Counted from the first letter of the stretch, positions 19,085 through 29,978 are shown. The stretch: 64,000 nt of DNA from Cyanobacteria bacterium P01_A01_bin.123 (GCA_039815185.1 JBCBZT010000010.1:64001-128000); one strand, 5' to 3'. A program made the numbers and translations. Notes: generated by a model not told the origin, from the letters alone.

Positions 19085-20257
19085 ATGGAAAACTTGGTGT
19101 TGGGGGCGGCGATTTTAGCGCTGCTGATCTGGGTGGGGCTGCTAGCGTTCTGGGGACAATTTTGGCGAGCCGATCAACGGCTTAATGCGGAAACAAGTCT
19201 CCCACTAGGGTCTTGGCCTGCTGTTGCAGTGGTGATTCCGGCGCGAGATGAGGCTGAATTGATTGGGACGGCACTGCGATCGCATTTGACCCAAACCTAT
19301 CCAGGCCCGCTTTCAGTACTGCTAGTTGACGATCAAAGTACTGATGACACAGCAAAAATTGCGGCTCACGTGGCAAAAGACTTAAACAAAGCGGACAACC
19401 TGACAATTCTGCCCGGGCAAACCCTCGCAGCAGGCTGGACAGGTAAACTCTGGGCTATGGAGCAAGGATTTCGCTACCTACAGCAGCAGCCCGCTCCACC
19501 AGACTACGTTCTGTTTACCGATGCAGACATTGAACATGACAGAGCCAACGTGCAGCAGCTGGTGACAAAAGCTGAAACCAAAGGGTTAGATCTGGTATCT
19601 CTCATGGTGCAGCTACGCTGTCAGAGTTTCTGGGAGATGCTGCTGATTCCTGCATTTGTTTTCTTCTTTCAGATGCTCTATCCCTTTCCTTGGGTGAATA
19701 ATCCCCATAAGAAAATGGCAGCGGCAGCGGGGGGCTGCGTTCTAATGCGTACCAGTGCGCTCAATCGGATTAACGGACTTCAAGCTATTCGTCATGCCCT
19801 GATTGATGATTGCGCCCTAGGGGCAGCTGTTAAAGCCGGAGGGCCAATCTGGCTAGGATTGAGCACGACAACCCATAGCCTGCGCCCCTATCCCGATTTG
19901 CAAAGTATTTGGAATATGGTAGCCCGCAGCGCCTACACGCAGCTCAACTATTCTCCCTGGCTTTTGATCGGTACAGTCCTGGGGATGCTGCTGGTTTATC
20001 TCGTATCGCCATTAGGATTTGTTCTCGGCCTGCTCTGGGGACAGGCCACGCTGGCATTGGCGGGATGGGTAGGCTGGCTACTGATGGCGTTGGCCTATTG
20101 GCCAACGCTGCGACTTTACAGGGGCACGGTTTTGCTAGGGTTAGCATTGCCATTGATCGCTGTGCTATATACGCTGATGACTATAGATTCAGCCAGACGC
20201 CACTGGGTAGGCCAAGGAGGAGCCTGGAAGGGACGAGTTTATAGCGATATCAGCTGA
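19085..20257 (+). CDS. hpnB: Hopanoid-associated glycosyltransferase HpnB (GT2)
   Basis: IPARDE, VDDQSTD, GWTGKLWA, TDADI, LIDDC and WKGR; lies near shc. Confidence 0.85.
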   Translation: MENLVLGAAILALLIWVGLLAFWGQFWRADQRLNAETSLPLGSWPAVAVVIPARDEAELIGTALRSHLTQTYPGPLSVLLVDDQSTDDTAKIAAHVAKDLNKADNLTILPGQTLAAGWTGKLWAMEQGFRYLQQQPAPPDYVLFTDADIEHDRANVQQLVTKAETKGLDLVSLMVQLRCQSFWEMLLIPAFVFFFQMLYPFPWVNNPHKKMAAAAGGCVLMRTSALNRINGLQAIRHALIDDCALGAAVKAGGPIWLGLSTTTHSLRPYPDLQSIWNMVARSAYTQLNYSPWLLIGTVLGMLLVYLVSPLGFVLGLLWGQATLALAGWVGWLLMALAYWPTLRLYRGTVLLGLALPLIAVLYTLMTIDSARRHWVGQGGAWKGRVYSDIS

Positions 20258-20406
20258 TCGATACGTTTTAGAGAGAAGATACTGTATTAGAGGGCAGCAT
20301 GCTGCCGTTGGGTGCCCTATTTAGACCGCTCACCTGAACCTAGCCCAGACTTGAGCAATCTCACAGAAACTTTCCGATTGGCAGCCTTACTCGAAGTGAC
20401 TCAGCC

Positions 20407-21480
20407 ATGCCTGTTGACAAAAACGATATTCTTCTGGTGGATGACACGCTAGGGAACCTACGATTACTCTCCACATTACTGGGCGAACAGGGCTATAAAA
20501 CCCGTAAGGTAACCAATGGTGCTTTGGCGCTAAAAGCCGTTAAGCATGCCCCACCAAGGCTGATCCTACTAGACGTTATGATGCCAGGTCTGAGTGGCTA
20601 TGAAGTCTGTCAGCAACTCAAAGCGGATCCAGAAACGGCGGAAATTCCAGTCATTTTTATTAGTGCTTTGGATGATGTCTTCGATAAGGTTCAAGCTTTT
20701 GCAGTTGGCGGGGTAGACTACATCACTAAACCTTTTCAAGTTGAAGAGGTATTGGCACGGATTGATCATCAATTAGTCATTCGGAACCTACAGCGAGAAC
20801 TGCAAGAAAAAAATAATTCCTTACAGGCAGCAGTAGAACAGTTTGATCGGCTTTTGCTCAATATTCTCCCTAAATCTATTGCCGATCATTTAAGACAACA
20901 GGATTTCTCTGTGATCAAAGATCATCCGATTGCAGAATCTTTTAAGCAAGCCACTATTTTGTTCGCAGATATTGTTGGTTTTACTGAAGTCTCTGCTCAA
21001 ATGCCAGCGCTTGAAATTGTCGATTTACTCAATCGAATTTTTTCCTGTTTTGACCAGCTCGCTGAACATCATGGTCTAGAGAAAATTAAAACGATTGGCG
21101 ATGCTTACATGGTAGCAGCGGGGATTCCGATTCCAAGTGCCGATCATGCCGATGCGATCGCGCGTATGGCTTTAGATATGCAACAGGCCATTCAAACTTT
21201 CCAGCGTGATTCTGCCCATCCTTTTCAGCTCCGCATTGGTATCAACACAGGGCCTGTGGTTGCGGGTGTAATTGGCATTAAGAAGTTTAGCTATGACCTG
21301 TGGGGGGATACCGTCAATGTTGCCAGTCGAATGGAATCCCAAGGAGTACCGGGAAAAATTCAGGTGACTGAAACAACCTATCAATTGCTCAAAGGTTGCT
21401 ATCAATTTGAAGAACGAGGAGTCGTTCAGGTTAAAGGGAAGGGAGAAATGATGACCTACTTCCTAACCAGAAATTTTTGA
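20407..21480 (+). CDS. Response-regulator (REC) class III adenylate cyclase
   Basis: REC domain (LLVDD, LLDVMMP, DYITKPF) plus FADIVGFT, KTIGDAY and YDLWGDTVNVASRME. Confidence 0.93.
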   Translation: MPVDKNDILLVDDTLGNLRLLSTLLGEQGYKTRKVTNGALALKAVKHAPPRLILLDVMMPGLSGYEVCQQLKADPETAEIPVIFISALDDVFDKVQAFAVGGVDYITKPFQVEEVLARIDHQLVIRNLQRELQEKNNSLQAAVEQFDRLLLNILPKSIADHLRQQDFSVIKDHPIAESFKQATILFADIVGFTEVSAQMPALEIVDLLNRIFSCFDQLAEHHGLEKIKTIGDAYMVAAGIPIPSADHADAIARMALDMQQAIQTFQRDSAHPFQLRIGINTGPVVAGVIGIKKFSYDLWGDTVNVASRMESQGVPGKIQVTETTYQLLKGCYQFEERGVVQVKGKGEMMTYFLTRNF

Positions 21481-21493
21481 TTCCATTGAAAGC

Positions 21494-23668
21494 TCATATA
21501 TGCTTCGAACCGTATTGGAATGATGCGCTAGCTAAATTGAGCCCACTTTGAACAGCCACGATGCCGACTAGCTCATCCCCCTGGAAAATCCCCGTGCCCT
21601 GTTCCGCAGACACTTTGCCCAGGCGGTAATCTTCAGCCTTGCCAAGCAGCTGAATCACATCACCTTCTGCTGGGTTAAAGTCTTCAATCAAAGCATAGTC
21701 GGCATTGCCTTGATGACTGTAATAGAGCTTAGAGTCGTCTGCCAGTTGAAATATATCTGCGCCGGCTCCACCTTCGAGCTGGTCAACCTCAGGGGCCCTC
21801 AAAATTTTGCTCATTGAGCCGATCAACCTGTCATTGCCATTATTTCCCCGTAGCCTATCGTTACCTCCCAGACCTTTAATGACGTCATTACCGCCTTGAC
21901 CATTAATGACATCATTAGAATCGTTGAATCCCTCAACCGTATTGTCGAGGCCATTGAGAAAGGTTACATGGTTGCGATTCCAAATTCGGTTAGTCTGGAA
22001 ATCAGCGTTAAATACATCAAAGCTGTCACGCACAGTATTCGCATCGCTAAAGGTGATATTACCCAGGCGCTCTGTAGAAGACTGATTTTGGGCGGGCAGA
22101 TTTTCAAGTTGATCGAGGGCAAAATTTTTCAAGGTAACTTGAGTTTTTTTTCCTTTGAAGCTAATCGCCAAGTCAGGCCCTCGTTGGGTGAGCTGCATTT
22201 TGTCAGCCGTGTGACCTGCGCCGACGAACTTCAGTGTATCAACTTCATTGTGCTTTTCTTGACTGGGATTGGCGTCACGACCCACACCACCAAAGTCACG
22301 AATCAACTTAGACTGGCCTGATTCGACCGTAAATTGGGCTTGACCGACAGCACCTGACAACTCACTATCAAACGACGGCTTAACCTCAAAAGATTGCTTA
22401 GCAGGAGCAGCCGAGACTGGAGGGGTCGGCGTTAGCTGTAACACCTTGACGTTGCCGTTGAGGGCTAAGTCTATTTCATTGCGGTTCAATGCCGTTGTCG
22501 ATCTTTTCAGGTTGCCACTGTCTTGGAAGGTATGAATCGTAGCTTGGGGTTGGAGATTATTTGGCAGAGTGAGCGTGACTGACTGATGTGAAATAGCCCG
22601 ACTTTCCTCATCCAGAATGGCTGCACTTGGCTCTCCGACCCAGAGTGCCAGATAAAAATCCCCATTGCTTTTTTGAAACAGGGAATGTTGGATATTTTCA
22701 GTGTCTCCCGACAAGTCAAACGCTAAAGAACCAGGGGTAAAAGTTGAGTTTGGATCATTGAATAACCCAATCAAATTTTTGAGGGCTTTAAAGGCAGGCT
22801 TCGGAGTATTGTCTCTAGCGAGCAATCCATAATCTTCACCCCCTTGATCGATTAGCTGATACAGATAGGTTCTCTCTATGCCAGCGTTAAATTGACTCAG
22901 AAACAGCCGAGGAATGTACCTTGCGACTAGTGTTTCGGGCGTGCCCTGATGAATTTGAGTGGGTGAGGGGTCGTTTCGCCAGCCGGTTTCAGTAGAAATA
23001 ATCGGGTCAGACCCGCTTGTAATTGAAGCATCATCAAAATGCCAATCAAAGCTACCATACCCCTTAGCTCCCCACCCTTTTGATTCAGGTGCGCGCCCAG
23101 CCCAGTAGTTGTGGATGTTGCCATAGTCTGTCCATTCAGATAAATCGCCCAATTTTTCCCGAGCATTGCTAGAGGTCAAAGAGGGACTAATCACTGGAAT
23201 GTGTTTGATTAATGGGTGCGCATTAACTGTTTCATAGAGCTCTCTTTGGCCCGCTTGGGTATCTTTTATCCAAGTATTGACTCCCTGTACATCGGGCTCA
23301 TTAACGCCTTCAAAGGCAACAACAGCGCGATCCGTCCACTCATATACCTCGTCTAGCAAGTCGTAATTCGTAGGTTCTCCATAGGATGTATCTAGAGGAG
23401 AGGTCAATAGGTTGAATTTAATGCCGTCATCAGCGAGTGTACGAAGCCGATTGTAATAAAAAGAATCTTCACTGATACCGTCGTAGGTAACGGCTATATC
23501 CCGGATATAGCGGATCTGTAATTCGGTTAATCGAGGCTGAACGATTGTTTCAAATTCTTCGTAAACCGTATCTCTGTAGTGTACGTGGGTATTAATGCCA
23601 ATGGTATCCACAAAGCTATCAGCAGATTTGGCCTTAGCCACCTGCATAGAAGAAAATGGCTTTAGCAT
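21494..23668 (-). CDS. Putative secreted clan GH-A-like glycoside hydrolase with RTX Ca-binding C-terminus
   Basis: IGINTH, EGVNEPD (acid/base-like), ISTETG (nucleophile-like) and GGxGxD repeats; start uncertain. Confidence 0.7.
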   Translation of the reverse strand: MLKPFSSMQVAKAKSADSFVDTIGINTHVHYRDTVYEEFETIVQPRLTELQIRYIRDIAVTYDGISEDSFYYNRLRTLADDGIKFNLLTSPLDTSYGEPTNYDLLDEVYEWTDRAVVAFEGVNEPDVQGVNTWIKDTQAGQRELYETVNAHPLIKHIPVISPSLTSSNAREKLGDLSEWTDYGNIHNYWAGRAPESKGWGAKGYGSFDWHFDDASITSGSDPIISTETGWRNDPSPTQIHQGTPETLVARYIPRLFLSQFNAGIERTYLYQLIDQGGEDYGLLARDNTPKPAFKALKNLIGLFNDPNSTFTPGSLAFDLSGDTENIQHSLFQKSNGDFYLALWVGEPSAAILDEESRAISHQSVTLTLPNNLQPQATIHTFQDSGNLKRSTTALNRNEIDLALNGNVKVLQLTPTPPVSAAPAKQSFEVKPSFDSELSGAVGQAQFTVESGQSKLIRDFGGVGRDANPSQEKHNEVDTLKFVGAGHTADKMQLTQRGPDLAISFKGKKTQVTLKNFALDQLENLPAQNQSSTERLGNITFSDANTVRDSFDVFNADFQTNRIWNRNHVTFLNGLDNTVEGFNDSNDVINGQGGNDVIKGLGGNDRLRGNNGNDRLIGSMSKILRAPEVDQLEGGAGADIFQLADDSKLYYSHQGNADYALIEDFNPAEGDVIQLLGKAEDYRLGKVSAEQGTGIFQGDELVGIVAVQSGLNLASASFQYGSKHI

Positions 23669-24183
23669 TGTTCTCTCTCGACTTAACAGCAATCAAGGCG
23701 AGGTAGATGCCTTTTCAGGGTAGATGCTTTGAGTCGATTGATACTTGATAAATTCTGACAGGTTAGGAAAATTCAAATCAGGCTGCACACTTACGCTTTA
23801 CTAGATATACATTAGAATCGATAAGAAGCTTGTGTGAAAATGTGCGGAATTCAAGTCAAAGTGTTGAGATTTCTGATTTAAGCTTATCCAAATCCAGAAC
23901 CCTTGTTTTCTCCTCTGTGAAACACTCAAATTTCTAAATCGGATGTGCTTTAAATACCTTGGCGCTACCAGAAATATTACAAGGGTTGATAGCGTAGATC
24001 TATAGCAGTAGACACAAAGCTTTGTGCGCTACTGCGAACCAGATTACTAGGTAAACTCAGCATCCTAGCAAGACTCGGTGCATCAAGCAATCTGGCCAGG
24101 GCTATAACGTAAATTCCACAAGAACAATGTTGGTTGCAAAGATACTGGCCTTCTACAGTGTGGCAGCTAGTATGTATGAGCCT

Positions 24184-24226
24184 AAGGGGTGACAAAGAAG
24201 TTTTTAACATCTCTTGGTCACCCTTT
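24184..24226. terminator. Hairpin downstream of gcvP
   Basis: AAGGGGTGACAAAGA ... TCTTGGTCACCCTTT imperfect inverted repeat. Confidence 0.45.
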
Positions 24227-24300
24227 AAGGAACCTCTGTATTCTCCATTTTGAGCTTAAGGCACTTGTGTCTGAATATCCTTACTCAAGGAAAGCAGTAC

Positions 24301-27282
24301 TTAAACATATGCTGCCATTGGTAAGCAGGCGCAAACCAAATTGCGATCGCCATATGCCTGGTCAACTCGCCCCACCGCAGGCCAAAACTTATAAGCTTCA
24401 GTCCAAGGCGTAGGATACACTGCTTGTTTGCGAGAATAGGGGCGGTTCCAGTCTTCTGCCACTAAATCGGTTGCAGTGTGGGGAGCATTTTTTAGCAAAT
24501 TATTCTCAGCATCTACTGCACCAGATTCCACCTGACGAATTTCCTCACGGATGGCGATCATCGCCTCGCAAAACCGATCGAGTTCTGCTTTCGACTCACT
24601 TTCTGTTGGTTCCACCATAATCGTGCCCGCGACGGGCCAAGACATTGTCGGTGGATGGAAGCCATAGTCAATTAGGCGTTTGGCAATATCATCTACGGTG
24701 ATATTGGCGGTTTTCTTAAAGCTGCGTAAATCTACAATGCATTCATGGGCCACCAGACCATTTTTGCCCGTGTAAAGAATGTCGTAATGATCTTCGAGTC
24801 GCTTGGCAATGTAATTGGCGTTTAGGATAGCCACTTCCGTTGCCCGTTGCAGACCGAGGGTGCCCATCATGACGATGTACATCCAAGAGATCGGTAGGAT
24901 ACTGGCGCTACCCCATGGAGCAGCGGTGACTGCACCAATTGCTTCTGCGCCACTCACGCCCTCGACTAGACTGTGTCCAGGCAAAAACGAGACTAGGTGT
25001 GCTTTAACACCAATCGGCCCAACCCCAGGGCCACCACCACCGTGGGGAATACAAAAGGTTTTGTGGAGGTTGAGGTGGCACACATCTGCGCCAAAGTCAG
25101 CCGGACGGCACAATCCAACTTGGGCATTCATATTTGCCCCGTCCATGTAAACCTGGCCCCCGTGGGTGTGAACGATGGCACAAATTTCTTGGATGGCAGC
25201 TTCAAACACACCGTGGGTAGAGGGGTAGGTTACCATCAGGGCCGCCAGCTTGTCGGCATGCTTTTCAGCCTTGGTACGCAAGTCCTCTACATCGATATTG
25301 CCATCATCATCACAGGCAACCGCGACCACTTTCATCCCAGCCATGACGGCACTGGCAGGGTTAGTGCCATGGGCCGACTGGGGAATCAAACAGACGTTGC
25401 GATGGTCTTCGCCCCGCTGCTGGTGGTACTCCCGAATCACCAATAAGCCAGTGTATTCCCCTTGGGATCCGGCGTTGGGTTGCAGCGAGATGCCGTCAAA
25501 TCCGGTGATTTCTCCCAGCCAGGCTTCCAACTGTTGAAACAAGACCTGGTAGCCCTGCACTTGCTCTAAGGGCACAAAGGGATGAATTTGTCCAAACGCT
25601 GGCCAGGTGATCGGCAGCATCTCTGCCGTGGCGTTGAGCTTCATTGTGCAGGAGCCGAGGGGAATCATTGCCGCGGTGAGGGACAGGTCGCGATTTTGCA
25701 GCTGGTGCATGTAACGCAGCAGTTCAGTCTCAGATCGGTGGGTGTTGAAGACGGGGTGGGTGAGGTAAGGGGTAGTGCGTTTTAGGGCAGTGGGAAGGTG
25801 GAGAGATGGGGGAATGGGGGGATGGGGGATGGGTATAACGGGGAGCGTAGGGGTGTCTCCAGCGAAGATGTGTAGGAGGTCTTGGAGGTCTTTTACGGTG
25901 GTGGTTTCGTCGAGGGAGAGGCTTAGGGTGGTGGCGTCAATGATGCGCAGGTTAACGCGTTGGGCTTGAGCCCGTTCCAAAATATCGGGTTGGACATCTC
26001 CGACGGTAATGCGGAGGGTATCGAAGTAGGGGGCGGCGTTGAGGGCATATCCTAGTTTCTCCAAACCTTGGGCTAGGGTTCGGGTCATTTGGTGGATGCG
26101 GAGGGCGATCGCGCTGAGTCCTTCTGGCCCGTGGTAGACCGCATACATGCTGGCGATTACCGCGAGCAGCACTTGGGCAGTACAAATATTACTGGTGGCC
26201 GAGTCCCGGCGGATGTGCTGTTCACGGGTTTGCAGGGCTAGGCGCAGGGCAGGGTTGCCATTGACATCTTTAGAAACCCCGACTAAACGACCGGGTAGCT
26301 TGCGGGCGTAGGCATTTTTGGTAGCAAAGTAGGCGGCGTGGGGGCCACCGTAGCCTAGGGGTACACCGAAGCGCTGAGTGCTGCCTACGGCAATATCTGC
26401 CCCAAATTCACCGGGAGGGGTGAGTAGCGTCAGGCTGAGCAAGTCAGCAGCAACAGTGACGAGGGCTTTGATGCCATGGGCAGCTTGAATGACATCGGTA
26501 TAGTCACAGATGGCCCCGTCGCTAGTTGGGTATTGCAGCAGCACACCAAATACGGTTTCATCAAAGTCAACGCGCCGGTGATCGCCAACAACAACCTCAA
26601 TACCCAGGGGCAGGGCACGGGTCTTGATCACGGCAATGGTCTGGGGATGGCAGGCTTCGGATATCCAGAAGACATTGGCATTTTTCTTTTTACAGACGCC
26701 ATGGCTCAGGGTCATGGCTTCGGCGGCGGCGGTGCCTTCGTCTAGTAGGGAAGCGTTGGCAATTTCCAGGGCTGTTAGGTCGGTTACCAGGGTTTGGAAA
26801 TTAAGCAAGGCTTCTAAGCGACCCTGGGCGATTTCGGGTTGATAAGGGGTGTATTGGGTATACCAACCGGGGTTTTCTAAAATGTTGCGCTGGATTACGG
26901 GCGGCGTAATGCAGTTGTGATAACCCAAACCAATGTAGGTGCGATAGACCTGGTTTTGGGCGGCGATCGCGCTTAATTTCTCTAGTGCAGCCGTTTCGCT
27001 CAGTCCCGCTGCCAACTTAAGGGGGCGACCCAGACGAATATTGGCCGGAATCGCCGCTTGCATTAAATCATCGAGCGTGTCTAGTTCCAAGGCAGCCAGC
27101 ATGGCATCAATATCGCTGTCGCGGGGACCAATGTGGCGCTGCACAAAGGGACTGCTTGGGGTTACAGGCTGCTGAGCCAAGGTTCCATGACTTTTCCCAT
27201 TGCCATTGCTCATCCCAGTAGATTCGCGAATAGACTCGGCAGGTTGGGAAACGGCAGGACGTTGCTGTAGGGAATCAGGCAT
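24301..27282 (-). CDS. gcvP: Glycine dehydrogenase (decarboxylating), glycine cleavage P protein
   Basis: [34 protein letters not shown] and PLP lysine in [11 protein letters not shown] 27282 chosen. Confidence 0.97.
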   Translation of the reverse strand: MPDSLQQRPAVSQPAESIRESTGMSNGNGKSHGTLAQQPVTPSSPFVQRHIGPRDSDIDAMLAALELDTLDDLMQAAIPANIRLGRPLKLAAGLSETAALEKLSAIAAQNQVYRTYIGLGYHNCITPPVIQRNILENPGWYTQYTPYQPEIAQGRLEALLNFQTLVTDLTALEIANASLLDEGTAAAEAMTLSHGVCKKKNANVFWISEACHPQTIAVIKTRALPLGIEVVVGDHRRVDFDETVFGVLLQYPTSDGAICDYTDVIQAAHGIKALVTVAADLLSLTLLTPPGEFGADIAVGSTQRFGVPLGYGGPHAAYFATKNAYARKLPGRLVGVSKDVNGNPALRLALQTREQHIRRDSATSNICTAQVLLAVIASMYAVYHGPEGLSAIALRIHQMTRTLAQGLEKLGYALNAAPYFDTLRITVGDVQPDILERAQAQRVNLRIIDATTLSLSLDETTTVKDLQDLLHIFAGDTPTLPVIPIPHPPIPPSLHLPTALKRTTPYLTHPVFNTHRSETELLRYMHQLQNRDLSLTAAMIPLGSCTMKLNATAEMLPITWPAFGQIHPFVPLEQVQGYQVLFQQLEAWLGEITGFDGISLQPNAGSQGEYTGLLVIREYHQQRGEDHRNVCLIPQSAHGTNPASAVMAGMKVVAVACDDDGNIDVEDLRTKAEKHADKLAALMVTYPSTHGVFEAAIQEICAIVHTHGGQVYMDGANMNAQVGLCRPADFGADVCHLNLHKTFCIPHGGGGPGVGPIGVKAHLVSFLPGHSLVEGVSGAEAIGAVTAAPWGSASILPISWMYIVMMGTLGLQRATEVAILNANYIAKRLEDHYDILYTGKNGLVAHECIVDLRSFKKTANITVDDIAKRLIDYGFHPPTMSWPVAGTIMVEPTESESKAELDRFCEAMIAIREEIRQVESGAVDAENNLLKNAPHTATDLVAEDWNRPYSRKQAVYPTPWTEAYKFWPAVGRVDQAYGDRNLVCACLPMAAYV

Positions 27283-27494
27283 AACACTCTCAATGAAATT
27301 AAAACTCAAAAACCCACCAGCGATCGCCAATGGAGAGCATATCTACCCACTCATTGTGTAACAAATCGCCTAATTGTGTAACCAACCGCCATCGACTCAA
27401 GCTGACTGCACTCACTGGGAGCTTTACTTTCTGATTGGGAACTCTGAGGCAGACCGAGTGAGCTTAAGTAATCGCGTCTGTAAGGAGAAAGGCT

Positions 27495-28637
27495 TTGCAC
27501 CCTAGTCAGCCCTCACGCATTGCGTTGTATGCTCGCGTTTTTTATGGTGGTGGCGTAGAGCGGGTTTTAGTCAACCTGATGAAAGGCTTTTTACAACGAG
27601 GCTTTCAGGTTGATCTAGTGCTCAATACTCCTGGTGGCCCTTACACTTCTCAAATTCCGCCAGAGGTTCGCCTCATAGACCTGGATGCACCCCGAATGGC
27701 AAACGGCTTGCCTAAGCTGATTCGCTATTTGCGCCAAGAAAAGCCGCAAATTTTGCTGGCTTCTCAGCACTATACGAATGAGATCGCGATCGCAGCCAAA
27801 CTCTTTTCCGGGGCACCCACCCGTGTCTTTGTGTCAGAACATAATGCTTTTCCCAGAGGCAAGCTGCACCAAACCCCAGCCAAATGGGCCGCGATCGCAG
27901 CCCGACTGACTTATCCTTTTGCCGATGGTGTCATTGCCGTTTCCCGGGGGGTGGCCCACGATTTGGCCACGATGACAGGATTTCCCGAATCAGAGATCAA
28001 GACAATTTACAACCCTATCATCACACCAGCACTTTACGACAAAGCCAAAGCCCCGTTGGATCATCCATGGTTTCAGCCTGAAGAACCGCCGATTGTACTG
28101 GGAATAGGGCGATTAATGCCTCAAAAAGATTTCCCCACATTGCTCAGCGCCTTTGCCAAAGTTCGCCAAGTCCAACCAGCCCGGTTAGTGATTTTGGGTA
28201 ATGGTCGCGAGCAAGATGCCCTCCAGGCATTGGCCCAAGACCTGGGTATAGCAGCGGATGTCGCACTATTGGGCTTTGTCGAGAATCCTTTCGCCTACCT
28301 CAAGCACGCCGATGTGTTTGTGCTCTCCTCCGCTTGGGAAGGGCTCGGGAATGTCTTAGTAGAAGCCCTGGCATTGCAGGTTCCTGTCGTCTCTACCGAC
28401 TGCGAATTTGGCCCTGCCGAAGTGTTAGACCATGGCCAATACGGCACCCTTGTACCAGTAGGAGACAGCGACGCGATCGCTGAGGCAGTATTGGTTACTT
28501 TACGCGATCGCCCGGCTCCAGCAGATTCACAGTGGCTCAATCAATTTACCCTCGAGCCAGTCACCCAGCAGTATTTAGAAACTTTTGGATTGGCCGAGGA
28601 GAAGTCATTCTTTAATCTCATCGCGGATTCCGTCTAA
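27495..28637 (+). CDS. GT4 (glycosyltransferase group 1) protein
   Basis: GGVER, IGRLMPQKDF and SSAWEGLGNVLVEA (ExxxxxxxE). Confidence 0.9.
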   Translation: MHPSQPSRIALYARVFYGGGVERVLVNLMKGFLQRGFQVDLVLNTPGGPYTSQIPPEVRLIDLDAPRMANGLPKLIRYLRQEKPQILLASQHYTNEIAIAAKLFSGAPTRVFVSEHNAFPRGKLHQTPAKWAAIAARLTYPFADGVIAVSRGVAHDLATMTGFPESEIKTIYNPIITPALYDKAKAPLDHPWFQPEEPPIVLGIGRLMPQKDFPTLLSAFAKVRQVQPARLVILGNGREQDALQALAQDLGIAADVALLGFVENPFAYLKHADVFVLSSAWEGLGNVLVEALALQVPVVSTDCEFGPAEVLDHGQYGTLVPVGDSDAIAEAVLVTLRDRPAPADSQWLNQFTLEPVTQQYLETFGLAEEKSFFNLIADSV

Positions 28638-29264
28638 AGTATTGCCCAGCTTATCAGCGATACCTTCAATCCAGGCTTCATCTTGTTTGGTATAGCTGCG
28701 GGGGGCATTGGCGCCTAAAATCAAAGCGCCGTCCTTGCCCATCGGTTGGCAAATGACACCTTGAGTGTTGTCAGGCAGGTAGTTAAATTCGACTTTGCCG
28801 GGATAAAGCTTAAGACTGACTAAATAAACTGGCTTTTGTTGGGTTAGTACCCGATTCAGAATTGCACCCGGTTTAACCGTATCCACCCCCCCTAAAACCC
28901 CACGGCGCAGCAGCACCTGTCCTTGGGAATACACCACAACTGCCCGAGTCGCCGTGTTTGTCAGCAGCAGATGAGAGGCCCAGGCAAGTTCAGTCTGGAT
29001 AGATTCGGGTAACTCTTCTGCCAGCTCAAATCCTTTCTCTCCCACCAACTCAACCGATTCGGGCAATTTGGGCTGGACTCGCTCCCATAGCAACCCGGTG
29101 AGCACCAAGAGGGCACTAATCAGGACGCCTAATGCATCTGAACGCGCCTGAGAATCGGTCAGGGCTGGGGTCAACAGGCGATTGATCATCAACAAAGTGC
29201 CCGCCAAGATGCCCACGACGATCGGCAGTTGCCGCAACACTTGATTTTGATCGGGCTTGGTCAT
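28605..29264 (-). CDS. Cytochrome b6f heme c(i) assembly factor (CCB4-like, cofactor assembly of complex C subunit B)
   Basis: SQARSDALG, ELAWASHLLLTNT, LYPGKVEF.YLP.NTQ and PRSYTKQDE.WI. Confidence 0.85.
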   Translation of the reverse strand: MTKPDQNQVLRQLPIVVGILAGTLLMINRLLTPALTDSQARSDALGVLISALLVLTGLLWERVQPKLPESVELVGEKGFELAEELPESIQTELAWASHLLLTNTATRAVVVYSQGQVLLRRGVLGGVDTVKPGAILNRVLTQQKPVYLVSLKLYPGKVEFNYLPDNTQGVICQPMGKDGALILGANAPRSYTKQDEAWIEGIADKLGNTLDGIRDEIKE

Positions 29265-29300
29265 AAACGCGTGTGTAGGCTCGGGTGCAGGACAATTTTG

Positions 29301-29978
29301 TCAAGGGGCATGATAGCGATCGCGCGGAGTTTGCCGGTCGTGTGGGCCTGGAATTTGCTGGCGGAAAAATCGCCGCTGCAAAATTTCTAGCCGTCCTCCA
29401 GATTCTTGGATAAAAGCACGTTGGCGACGATAAAGCCCTTGAAACAGATTGGCAAATAGCAGGGTAAAAATGGCCACAACCAATCCCATCGCCGTAGAAA
29501 TTAAGGCTTGACCAATGCCAAGGGTGACGCCGATGGAGTCTTCACCCCCCAAATCCCCCAGCTTGAGAGATGCAAAGGCCTCAATCAGCCCCAAAATGGT
29601 GCCTAGCAAACCGAGTAAAGGGGCAACGCCAATCACCGTCTCAAACACGGTGCTAAACCGCTGGAGCAGTGGCAACTCAGCCTGGGCAGCAGTTTCGAGG
29701 GCCAGCTTGAAGTCTTCGGGAGTGGCCTGCTGTAAACTCAGCGCCGACAAAAAGATGCGGGCAATGGGCAAATCCACATTTTGCTTAAGGTTGGTAACGG
29801 CCAACTGCAGGTTGTGGGGGAACGCCTCTAAAACCTGACTGACCAACTTGTCTTGCCGATTCACCAAGCGAAACCAAAACAAGCCACGTTCAATGATCAG
29901 GGCTGTGACCAATAGTGAAAATCCCAGCAGCGGCCAAATGACAATGCCACCCAGGGCAAACAATTGAAACAAGGGCAT
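29301..29978 (-). CDS. MotA/TolQ/ExbB proton-channel family protein
   Basis: GG.V.WPL, APLLGLLGTILGLI and GI.QALISTA.GLVVAI. Confidence 0.9.
   Translation of the reverse strand: MPLFQLFALGGIVIWPLLGFSLLVTALIIERGLFWFRLVNRQDKLVSQVLEAFPHNLQLAVTNLKQNVDLPIARIFLSALSLQQATPEDFKLALETAAQAELPLLQRFSTVFETVIGVAPLLGLLGTILGLIEAFASLKLGDLGGEDSIGVTLGIGQALISTAMGLVVAIFTLLFANLFQGLYRRQRAFIQESGGRLEILQRRFFRQQIPGPHDRQTPRDRYHAP

Noticed and set aside
27283..27494. Glycine riboswitch upstream of gcvP
   Set aside because: The GGAGAG lies on the wrong strand and the remaining aptamer motifs are absent.
28605..28637. Convergent 3' overlaps (also 7676-7699 and 59393-59412) as antisense regulation
   Set aside because: Short tail-to-tail overlaps are common and there is no further support.
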